This document shows positions 55,013 to 64,000 of a stretch of 64,000 bases of DNA, piece after piece. Position 1 is the stretch's first letter, and every line of letters starts with the position of its first letter. The DNA is from an uncultured Candidatus Rokubacteria bacterium. Its GTDB lineage: Bacteria; Methylomirabilota; Methylomirabilia; Rokubacteriales; CSP1-6. Position numbers and translations under genes: made by a program. The stretch spans positions 32,001-96,000 of the forward strand of contig CAVWFS010000005.1 of NCBI GenBank assembly GCA_963754315.1. The letters run 5' to 3'. A model generated the notes under the pieces. That model did no database searches. It was not told the DNA's origin and saw only the letters and a program-made list of their open reading frames with translations.

Positions 55013-58000
55013 ACGTCGTCGGAGCGGAAGCCGGGCGCCCTCGCTTTCGGAGCTACCTGGCGAGGGGCGCCGCGGCCCGACGCGCGCGCAGGCGAGACCG
55101 CCTCCGGCGAGTCGGCCCGGCCGGTCGTGAGCAGGGCGCGGGCCTCCTGGAGATCGGGCGTTTCGAGTCCCTCTGTGAACCAGTCGTACGTCTCCCGGAG
55201 GAGCAGGTGGGCGGCCGTCTCCTTGTCCCGACCCCGCGCGAGCCTGGCCAGACTCATGGCCGCGCGGAGCTCCAGCGCTCGCGCCCCCTGCGCGCGGGCG
55301 ACGACAAGGGCCTGCTGGAAGCATTCCTCCGCGTCCTCAACGTTCTGCCGGCGCGACCCGGCCGCGCGAGACGGCGCCTTGAGAATCAGATCGCCCTTGA
55401 GCCGTCGGAGCTCGGATTCCCACCAGCGTTCCCCGGTGCGTTCGACTTCCGTCAGCGCTTCGTCGACGACCTCGAGCCCGCGCTCGACCTGTCCGAGCGC
55501 CCCATGCGCTTCGGCAATGGCCGCGAGGTAGCTCGGTCCGAGCAGGGCTCTGCCCTCCGCGCGCCACGCGTTCAGAACCGTCTGCACCGGCGCCAGCCCT
55601 TCCTCGTATCGCCCGCGCCGAATGAGCGCCCATCCCTGCTGGACAGCGCTCTGGGCGGTCCAATACGGGAGGCCGTGCTCCTTCGATAGCGCGATCAACG
55701 CGTCCACCCGCTGCTCGGCAGCCTCCGGCTCACGGCGCGCGATGAACAGCAAGGCGGCGAGGTTCAGGGCGAACGCGACGCTCAGGGGATGGCCGAGCTC
55801 GCGGGCTCGCTCGGTGGCTTCCTCGCTGACCCGCGCGGCCTGATCGGCGAAGCCCAGCAGCCACAACGCCAGACCCGCGTACGCGCCGCAGGCGACCCAC
55901 GGGTCCACGCCATACAACACGGCGAGCGAGCGGTGCTTCTGATGGTCGTAGACCGTCATCGCCCGCTGCAGCTCGGCGCGGGCGTCAACGATCTGCCCGG
56001 TGCAGAGCAGCGACACACCCATCGCGCCGTGCGCGACGACCTGGAGCCCCGCGTCCTGCTCGGTCGCGGCCAGTTGCCGCAGCTGCCCGCCGACATCGAG
56101 GGCAGTCTCGTGCTCGGCGCGCACCAGGTGAAACCCCCAGAAGCCGAAGAGGACCGCGGCGAGATCAGGGGACGGACCAAGGCGCTGGCACAGCTCGCGG
56201 GCCCGCCTGTACGCGTGCTCCACGTCGCGGGCCATGTAGCCGTGGATCGCCGTCAGCGCCTGGCCCAAGGTGGTCCGCACGGTCAGCTCGTGCCGGTCCC
56301 GCTCGGCCGTGTCGGGCAGTGCGGCAAGCATGTTCAGGGCCCGCTCGAGATGGCGAACGGCCTCCTGGGGCGCACTTCGCCGCAACACCTTGCGCGCTGC
56401 CTGCTCCAGGTAGCGCACCGCCCGCTCGTACTCCCGCCCGCGCTCGAAGTGCTCCGCCAGCTCGGCCGCGATGTCCTCGGCTTGCCTGGCAAAGCCTTCC
56501 TCGAGTCGACGCCCGATCCGGCGGTGCAGCTGTACCCGGCGCCCGGCCGGCACCCGTTCGTACAGGACCTCCTGATAGAGGGCGTGGGCGAACGCGTAGC
56601 GACCGGCAACTGTCCCGTCAGGCCACTCGGCCGTCCCTCGCGGCCGCAAGACATGTCGTCGCACCAGAGCCGCACACCGCTCCTCGACGTCCTCCGCCTC
56701 CTCGGCAACCTCGGCGGCGACAAGCGCGGCGGAAAATTCCTCTCCAGCCACGCTGGCGGCTTCGAGCAGCCGCTGGTCGGACGCGCCGAGCCGAGCCAGC
56801 TGCCGCTCGATGAGTTGCCTGATGCTCGGCGGCACCCCTCGCGCGGCATCCTCGATCGCCCGACCCAGCTCCCAGCGGCCCTCGACCTCCACCAGCACCC
56901 CCTGCGTCATCCAATCCTGGACGACGTTGACCACGAACAGCGGGTTGCCTCCTGTTCGCTGATGAAGATGGCTCACCAGAGCGTCAGGGATGCGGTGCTC
57001 GGCGAGCACTCCGGCGAAATAACGCCGGACACCCACCTCGGTAAGCCGCTCGAGCGGCAGTTCCCGGCATAGTCGATGCGACGCCAGGTCGTCGGACACG
57101 GAGGCCACCGGATGCTCTCGCGCGACCGCATCCTCGGGCCGATAGGTTCCGATCACCAGCAAGCGCGCTGCCGGCCGGCACCGGGCCAGGAACGACAGCA
57201 GCTCAACGGAGGCGTAATCGCTCCAGTGCAGATCCTCCAGCACGAGGACGAGAGGCTGTTCGGCCGTCACCGCCTCGAGCGCGTCGGCCAGCTCACGGAG
57301 CATTCGCTCCCGGGTGGCGCCCTGGGTCCTCAGCGCGAGGACATCCAGGGTGGGTGCGTCGAGGAGGCCCGGCATCTGTGCGAGCCAGCTTGGGGCGTAC
57401 TGAGCCAGGATCTCCTGCAGCCGAGACCCGTCGGGGCGGCGACAGAGCTGATGCAGCGCCCCGAAAACAGGCAGGTACGCCTCGCCAGCCCCGTAGTGTT
57501 CGATGCACTGCCCCTCTCCGATCCACGCCTCGGTCGACCGAGCGACCTGTTCCACGAACGCCCCCACCAGCGCTGTCTTGCCAATGCCGGGCTCTCCGAT
57601 CACGAACACCACCTGGCACTCTCCGTCGAGGGCTCGTCGGAGGCATGCGTGAAGCTGGCGCAGCTCCGCCTCTCGCCCGACGAGGGCGCGGGACGGCGCC
57701 ACGTCCCGCGCCCGCTCCTCATCCTCCACGGTGAAATCGGGCGAGTCGGATGGGCGACTCCGATCGGCGGTCTCGGAGCCGATACCGGCTGGCGGGCTCG
57801 ACCGGATCGCCGCGAGAAACCGATAGCCGCGCCGGTGCACCGTCTGGATGAAGCGGGGCGCCCGGGAGTCGTCGCCGAGCGCTCGCCGAAGCTCACGAAT
57901 CCCTACCGTGAGCACCGCGTCACCCACGGCCGTGTCGGGCCAGATCGCCTCCAGGAGCGCCGCCTTCGTCACGAGCTGGCCTGGCTGCGCGACGAGATGG

Positions 58001-58116
58001 CGAAGCACCGCGAAGGCCTTGGGCGTGAGCGGGCGCGACTCCCCTCCGCGCCACAACCGCTCGTCCCGCAAGTCAATCCGGAAGTCTTCGCACCACAAGA
58101 CAGTGGCCTGCTGCAT
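55009..58116 (-). CDS. winged-helix (Trans_reg_C) + AAA ATPase + TPR regulator
   Basis: LTPKAFAVL...LRRALGD...FIQTVHRRGYRF; LVGREAEL; GEPGIGKT; LEDLHW; GGNPLF; TPR tail. Confidence 0.93.
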   Translation of the reverse strand: MQQATVLWCEDFRIDLRDERLWRGGESRPLTPKAFAVLRHLVAQPGQLVTKAALLEAIWPDTAVGDAVLTVGIRELRRALGDDSRAPRFIQTVHRRGYRFLAAIRSSPPAGIGSETADRSRPSDSPDFTVEDEERARDVAPSRALVGREAELRQLHACLRRALDGECQVVFVIGEPGIGKTALVGAFVEQVARSTEAWIGEGQCIEHYGAGEAYLPVFGALHQLCRRPDGSRLQEILAQYAPSWLAQMPGLLDAPTLDVLALRTQGATRERMLRELADALEAVTAEQPLVLVLEDLHWSDYASVELLSFLARCRPAARLLVIGTYRPEDAVAREHPVASVSDDLASHRLCRELPLERLTEVGVRRYFAGVLAEHRIPDALVSHLHQRTGGNPLFVVNVVQDWMTQGVLVEVEGRWELGRAIEDAARGVPPSIRQLIERQLARLGASDQRLLEAASVAGEEFSAALVAAEVAEEAEDVEERCAALVRRHVLRPRGTAEWPDGTVAGRYAFAHALYQEVLYERVPAGRRVQLHRRIGRRLEEGFARQAEDIAAELAEHFERGREYERAVRYLEQAARKVLRRSAPQEAVRHLERALNMLAALPDTAERDRHELTVRTTLGQALTAIHGYMARDVEHAYRRARELCQRLGPSPDLAAVLFGFWGFHLVRAEHETALDVGGQLRQLAATEQDAGLQVVAHGAMGVSLLCTGQIVDARAELQRAMTVYDHQKHRSLAVLYGVDPWVACGAYAGLALWLLGFADQAARVSEEATERARELGHPLSVAFALNLAALLFIARREPEAAEQRVDALIALSKEHGLPYWTAQSAVQQGWALIRRGRYEEGLAPVQTVLNAWRAEGRALLGPSYLAAIAEAHGALGQVERGLEVVDEALTEVERTGERWWESELRRLKGDLILKAPSRAAGSRRQNVEDAEECFQQALVVARAQGARALELRAAMSLARLARGRDKETAAHLLLRETYDWFTEGLETPDLQEARALLTTGRADSPEAVSPARASGRGAPRQVAPKARAPGFRSDDV

Positions 58117-58148
58117 GGAGCCCCCCGCCGGCCCTGTTTCGATGGCCC

Positions 58149-58198
58149 TTTCGGAAACTTTACGACTCTCTTTTGAAAAACTTACGCCACTCTTCGGA
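58149..58198. promoter_or_regulatory. five heptamer direct repeats at ~11 bp period
   Basis: TTTCGGA 58149, TTTACGA 58159, CTTTTGA 58170, CTTACGC 58181, CTTCGGA 58192, between the wHTH regulator and the divergent gene. Confidence 0.5.
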
Positions 58199-58278
58199 CT
58201 CCCGTTCGCAGAGACGCATAGATTCGGGGTGAACAGAGCCGTCGAAACCTGGCTGCCTCGGGAAAGGAGAGCATCGCC

Positions 58279-58765
58279 GTGAAGACGTATCGCGTCGCCG
58301 TGGTGACCTTCACGCTCGTCCATGCGCTGGCGGGTGGTGCGGCCGGTGAGCTGCTGCCGTGCGCCGTGGTCGAGGGTTCGAGCATGGCCGACCGCCCGCG
58401 TACCGAGCGACCGCCGACCGAGAAGCGATTCGACGGGGAGCGGTTTGTCCGGCACCGAGTTGTTCTTCGGCTCGGCCAGGCCCGGGGGCGAGGTCAGCGA
58501 GGCTGAGTTCCAGCAATTTCTCGACCAGTGCGTCACGCCGCGATTCCCCGACGGCCTCACCCTCGTGACGGGTCTCGGACAGTTCCGCGGCGCCGACGGC
58601 GTCCTCATCGAGGAGCGATCCATGCTGCTGATCCTCCTCTACCCGGACGAGGCGCGACGGGAAAGCCACAAGAGAATCGAGGAGATCCGGAACGCCTACA
58701 AGCAGATCTTCCAGCAGGAGTCTGTCTTGCGGGCCGACCGCTGCTGCGAGCAGGTCGGGTTCTGA
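58279..58765 (+). CDS. DUF3574 domain protein, frameshifted
   Basis: TELFFG, VTPRFPDGLT, GQFR, YKQIFQQESVLR; signal peptide in the upstream frame. Confidence 0.88.
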
Positions 58766-58998
58766 CCGATACCGACACGAATTGTCCCCAATTGACGACG
58801 GTACTCCGATTCCGGATCTCGGTAAAGGGGCCCCTGCATGACAGGTGCGCACAAATTTCCCGATCGGTCGCCACGATCGGCGAGCGCGGTGCCGAGCCGC
58901 GAGGAAGGGAGGGCACGGCAGAGCCGACTTGACGCGTGGTGGGCAGCACTCTCGCGCACAACGATTGGCGGCCCACCGAGGCTGCCGGGAGGACAACG

Positions 58999-59400
58999 AT
59001 GCTGAGCTGCACGATCACCGAAGTTCAGAAGATCGAGCCCGTGTTCTACGACTGGGGTGAGCTGAAGTGGGTCATGAACGGCGAGCTCGCCCCTGGATGC
59101 GAGCAGAGTTTCGCGCTCGTCCACCTCCAGCCCGGGCGCACGAATCCCCTGCACTGGCACAGCGCCGCGGAGGAGCTCGTGTACATCCTGTCCGGCGAGT
59201 GCGACATCGCCATCGACGGTCAGTGGCAGCGGCTGACACCAGGGCTGACGTTACTGATTCCGGCCGGGGTGAAGCACGAGCTGAAGAACAACAGCTGGGA
59301 ACCCTTCACGTACGTCGCGTCGTTCTCGGCGTCGATGCGGGGCACCATGTTCGAAAATCCGAGCGCCGTGGGCGCTCGGCCGATCGCGTCGTACCGCTGA
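58999..59400 (+). CDS. cupin domain protein
   Basis: PG..NPLHWH..AEELVYILSG...IPAGVKH. Confidence 0.9.
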   Translation: MLSCTITEVQKIEPVFYDWGELKWVMNGELAPGCEQSFALVHLQPGRTNPLHWHSAAEELVYILSGECDIAIDGQWQRLTPGLTLLIPAGVKHELKNNSWEPFTYVASFSASMRGTMFENPSAVGARPIASYR

Positions 59401-59450
59401 GCTCACGGGGGATACGGGTGGGGACCTCGACGCCGCGTCATCAGGGAACG

Positions 59451-60887
59451 GTGCGCAACGACTTCGACCTGGTCGTGATCGGGTCTGGCCCGGCCGGCGA
59501 GAAGGGCGCGGCGCAGGCCGCCTACTACAACAAGTCGGTGGCAATCGTCGAGCAGGCGCCGACGCCGGGTGGCATCGCGGTGAGCTCGGCGGGGATCCCC
59601 ACCAAAACCCTCCGCGAGACAGTCCTGTACGTGAGCGGCTTTCGACAGCGCGAGGTCTACAAGCTCGGCTTCGCGCTGGAGCCAGAAATCGCCCTCGAGC
59701 GGCTGATGACGCGCGAGGCCGAGGTCATCTCCATGATGACCCGCGCGGTCGAACGCAACATCGCGCGGCACGGCATCGAGATGATCCAGGGGCGAGCAAT
59801 CCTGGGCCCAGATCGCACCGTCCACGTCTCGTTGAACGACGGGACGGAACGTGTGCTCAGAGCGCGGGCGATCCTCATCGCAACCGGGTCCCACCCCGTC
59901 CTGCCCGCCGCAGTCCCGTTCCACGACCCCGATGTGTACGATCAGGTGACGATTCTCAAGCTCGATCGCATTCCCGGCCGCCTCCTGGTGGTGGGGGCGG
60001 GGGCGGTCGGCTGCGAGTACGCGTCCATCTTCGCGGCCCTCGGCGTGGAGGTGACCTTGATGAGCCCGAGCCCCCACCTGCTCCGGCACCTCGACACCGA
60101 GATCTGCCAGATGCAGGCGGAGATCTTCAACGGCATGGGCATTCGGCTCGTGCTCGGCGCGCCGCTCGCTAATGTCCGCAGAGTGGACGGCAAGCTCGAG
60201 GTCACGGCGACCACCGGGCAGAGCTTCAGGCCCGAGAAAGTGCTGTTCGCGATGGGCCGCGCCGGTAACACTGAAGGGCTCGGGCTGGCCCAGGCGGGTG
60301 TCGTCGTCAACGAGAAGGGCGACATCGTGGTGGACGGGCGCTTCGAGACGACGGCCCCGGGCATCTACGCAGCCGGCGACGTCATCGGTCCGCCCCGACT
60401 GGCTTCGGTGTCGATGGAGCAGGCTCGCGTCGCGGTCTGCCACGCCTTCGCCATCGACTTCAAGGACGTGGTCGACCCACTCGCCCCCCTGTGTGTGTAC
60501 TCCATACCCGAGGCGGCCATGGTCGGCATGACCGAGGATCAGGCGACGACGGCCGGGGTCGACTACGAGACCGGCCGAGCATTGTTCTCGTCCAACGCCA
60601 AGGCCAAGATCTCGGGCTTTCAGGAGGGAATGCTCAAGCTGGTGTTCCGGCGGGCGGACCGCCGGCTGCTGGGTGTTCACATTCTCGGCGAGATGGCGAG
60701 CGAGCTCATCCACCTGGGGCAGCTCGTCCTGCACGAGCAGGGCCCGATCGATCGGTTCATCCACATGACGTTTGCCGTGCCCACGCGCGGCGAGGCCTAT
60801 AAATATGCGGCCTACGACGGCCTGATGCGGCTTGACCGTACCCGACGGGCGGCTGCCTCCCAGGAGCCAAGTCCCGTGTCCGCCTAA
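59451..60887 (+). CDS. sthA: soluble Si-specific NAD(P)+ transhydrogenase
   Basis: IGSGPAGEKGAAQAAY, GIPTKTLRE (no CxxxxC), LASVSMEQAR, EAYKYAAYDGL. Confidence 0.85.
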   Translation: MRNDFDLVVIGSGPAGEKGAAQAAYYNKSVAIVEQAPTPGGIAVSSAGIPTKTLRETVLYVSGFRQREVYKLGFALEPEIALERLMTREAEVISMMTRAVERNIARHGIEMIQGRAILGPDRTVHVSLNDGTERVLRARAILIATGSHPVLPAAVPFHDPDVYDQVTILKLDRIPGRLLVVGAGAVGCEYASIFAALGVEVTLMSPSPHLLRHLDTEICQMQAEIFNGMGIRLVLGAPLANVRRVDGKLEVTATTGQSFRPEKVLFAMGRAGNTEGLGLAQAGVVVNEKGDIVVDGRFETTAPGIYAAGDVIGPPRLASVSMEQARVAVCHAFAIDFKDVVDPLAPLCVYSIPEAAMVGMTEDQATTAGVDYETGRALFSSNAKAKISGFQEGMLKLVFRRADRRLLGVHILGEMASELIHLGQLVLHEQGPIDRFIHMTFAVPTRGEAYKYAAYDGLMRLDRTRRAAASQEPSPVSA

Positions 60888-61182
60888 GACTCCTCCCACA
60901 CGGGCGGAGCTCGTGTGAACTGAGGCTGATCGGCTCGCCCCAATAGAGCCCGGGAATGAGCCGCCGCGTGTGGCGGATGCACCGTCGTACTCACAGCCAA
61001 CCTGCGTGCGCAGGAGTCTCACTTGCGCCTTACGCGCAGAGCCCAGAGATTGTCTCCCCGAGTGTCGTCAGCGCCGAAGGCGCCCACGGCGGTCTCATCA
61101 TCCGCCGCGTGTTACATTTTGTCCAAGGAGCGAAGCGAAGCGCGTGGGCGACTTTGCTCGGCGAGCCCCGAACGTGCGCAAC

Positions 61183-62820
61183 ATGCCCGGCGAACTTGAG
61201 CGAGGCCGGAAGTGTTATGCGCAGCGAAGGTGGGCCGATGCCTACGATTCGCTCGCGCGCGCCGATCAGGCCACGCCCCTCGTCGGTAAAGATCTCGAGC
61301 GGCTGGCCATGGCGGCGTATCTGGTCGGTCGCGACGAAGATTATCTGAGTGCGCTCGAGCGCGCACATCAGGCGTATCTGGACGCCGGGGAGGGCGTGCG
61401 AGCTGTCCGCTGCGCGTTCTGGCTTGGTCTGCGTCTTCTCTTTCGCGGAGAGACGGGGCGCGCGACTGGGTGGCTCGCCCGTGCCCAGCGGTTGCTGGAA
61501 CGCGAGACGCACGAATGCGCCGAGCGGGGCTATCTGCTGTTGCCCGTCGTGGAACAGCAGCTTGCCGCCGGCGACTGCGAGGCCGCATACGCGACCGCCG
61601 CGAGCGCCGCCGAGATCGGCGAATGCTGCGGAAGACGCAGACCTGATCGCCTGCGCCCGGCACCAGCAGGGTCGGATTCGATTGCAGCAGGGGCAGGTTG
61701 AGCGGGGGCTGGCGCTGCTGGACGAGGTCATGGTCGCGGTCACGGCGGCGGAGCTGTCGCCACTCGTCACGGGTTTGATGTACTGCAGCGTGATCCGGGC
61801 CTGTCAGGAGGTGTACGCATTCGGCCGCGCCGGCGAGTGGACCGCTGCGCTGGCCCGGTGGTGCGAGGAGCAACCCGACATGGTCGCCTTCACGGGGATC
61901 TGCCGGGTCCATCGCGCCGAGATCATGCAGCTGCACGGCGCCTGGCAGGACGCGATCGAGGAGGCGCAGCGCGCCCGCGAGCGTTCCCAGGGGGTCGACC
62001 AGCAGGCCGCCGCCGCGGCGTTCTACCAGCAAGCGGAGGTCCACCGCCTTCGCGGGGAGTTTGCGGCGGCCGAGGAGGCGTATCGAAGCGCCAGCCAGTG
62101 GGGCTTGGAACCACAGCCGGGTCTCGCCCTGATGCGGGTGGCGCAAGGACGCGACGACGCCGCGGCGGCGGCGATCCGCCGCAGCGTGAGCGCGACAACG
62201 CATCGACTGCAGCGCGCGAGGCTCCTGCCTGCATACGTCGAGATCATGCTGGCCGTCGGCGACATCCAGGAAGCGCGGCGGAGCCAGCCGCGAGCTGGAG
62301 GACATCGCCGAGACCTTCGACACCGACGTGCTGCGGGCGATGGCGGCCCAGGCGCGAGGCGCGATCGACCTGGCCGAGGGCGACACTCGGGCCGCGCTTG
62401 CTCCACTGCGTCGCGCTCTCGAAGTGTGGCGACAGGTCGAGGCGCCCTACGAGGCCGCACGCGTGCGGGTGCTGATGGGAATGGCGTGCCGCTCACTTGG
62501 GGACGACGAGGCCGCCGAGCTCGAGCTCGGCGCGGCCCGAGCTGTCTTCGAGCAACTGGGAGCCGGGCCGGGCGTCGCCCGCACTCACGCGCTCGCCCAG
62601 GGAGCACCGCCCGATCATGACCACCATGGGTTGACACCGCGCGAGCTCCAGGTGCTGCGCCTGGTCGCCACCGGCAAGACGAACAAGGCCATCGCCACCG
62701 AACTGTTCCTTGAGTGAGAGGACGATTGACCGGCACGTGAGCAATATCTTCGCGAAGCTGGACGTTCCCTCGCGGGCCGCCGCCACGGCCTACGCGTACG
62801 CGCACAAGCTGAGTCTGACC
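61183..62820 (+). CDS. TPR + LuxR HTH transcriptional regulator, frameshifted
   Basis: [58 protein letters not shown]; 3' end approximate. Confidence 0.88.
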
Positions 62821-62963
62821 CGCCTCGTCTTCGCACTGGGTAGAACTCACCCACATCGAGCTCGTCGCGAGAATTGGGTGGTTCGCCGGATGCGCGATCC
62901 TGCTCCATGCCGTAGGTTGAGCTGTGAAGCAGATCCTCGACGGAAGGCAACAGGTGAGCCCAG

Positions 62964-64000
62964 ATGAACAAGGCTTACGACGCGATCGTCGTCGGCGCGC
63001 GCTGCGCCGGCGCGCCGACCGCCATGCTCCTTGCTCGGAAGGGCTACAGGGTTCTCGTCGTCGACCGGGCGACGTTCCCGAGCGACACGCATATCGACGC
63101 ACCTCGTCCATCCGCCGGGAGTGGCGGCGCTGCAGCGGTGGGGCCTGCTCGACCGGCTCGTGGCAACCGGATGCCCGCCCATCGACCGGTATTCGTTCGA
63201 CTTCGGCCCCTTCACGATCGCGGGGGCACCCGGCACCGACGAGGCCCCGGTCGCCTATGGCCCCCGGCGGACCGTGCTGGACAAATTGCTCGTCGACGCT
63301 GCGTCCGAGGCGGGAGCCGAGGTTCGCGAGGGGTTCACCGTCGATGATGTCGTCATCGAGGACGGTCGCGTCACCGGCGTTCGCGGCCACGGCAAGGGCG
63401 GCAAGAACGTCACCGAGCGCGCTCGGGTGGTCATCGGAGCGGACGGCCGGCATTCGCTCGTTGCGCGAGCCGTCAGGCCCGCGCAGTACCACGAGAGGCC
63501 GCCGGCTGCTGTGCGGCGTACTACAGCTACTGGAGCGGGCTGCCGATGAACGGTCGCTTCGAAGTCTTCATCCGCCCGCAGCGGTCGTTCGGGGCGTGGC
63601 CCACGCACGACGATCTGACACTGCTTGTCGGCGGCTGGCCCTTTGCGGAGTTCGCCGCCAACAAGAAAGATATCGAAGGCAATTTCCTCAAGATGCTGGA
63701 GCTGGCGCCGGCACTTCGCCGACCGGGTGCGCGCCGCTCGCCGCGAAGCGCGCTTCGTCGGCACGGCCGTGCCGAACTACTTCCGAAAACCCTTCGGCCC
63801 GGGCTGGGCGCTGGTGGGCGACGCTGGCTACAACAAGGACTTCATCACCGCCCAGGGGATCCAGGACGCCTTCCGCGACGCCGAGCTATGCGCCACAGCG
63901 CTCGACGAGGCGTTCTCCGGCGCCCGCTCCTTCGACGCCGCGATGGGCGAGTACCAATCCACTCGCGACGAGCACGTTCTGCCGATGTACGAGTTCACGT
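62964..64000 (+). CDS. NAD(P)/FAD-dependent oxidoreductase, frameshifted, runs off the window
   Basis: [56 protein letters not shown]. Confidence 0.9.

Overview
High-GC bacterial chromosome segment. The gene repertoire (Tat-type family-5 solute-binding proteins, class III cyclase, wHTH-AAA-TPR and LuxR regulators) suggests a Rokubacteria/Methylomirabilota-like soil organism; this is inference, not tested. Single-base frameshifts occur in most long genes, including ordinary transporters, so they are probably long-read consensus errors, and frameshifted genes are reported as merged CDSs. Left to right: MFS; a large clan-CD-protease-like protein; a peptide ABC operon; a surface-glycan locus (15-25.4 kb); a ~10.9 kb integrated element (26.3-37.15 kb); CoA transferase; MntA-HepT toxin-antitoxin pair; phosphoesterase; a branched two-component operon; quinohemoprotein PQQ dehydrogenase; a pectate-lyase-fold protein with 9 CARDB-like repeats; regulators; sthA. 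The best candidate for an undescribed system is the integrated element. It has a tyrosine integrase with matching repeats at both ends, a divergent XRE switch, an SSB-like gene, an NrS-1-like primase-polymerase/helicase with an iteron-type origin, a Xis-like HTH, and its own Mu-gpT-like major capsid. It has no recognisable portal, large terminase, protease, tail or lysis genes, so it looks like a capsid-only phage satellite carrying sigma54-driven secreted cargo. The window also holds several mosaics of gene fragments and a duplicated ~320 bp block with a candidate structured RNA. No tRNA, rRNA or CRISPR array was seen.
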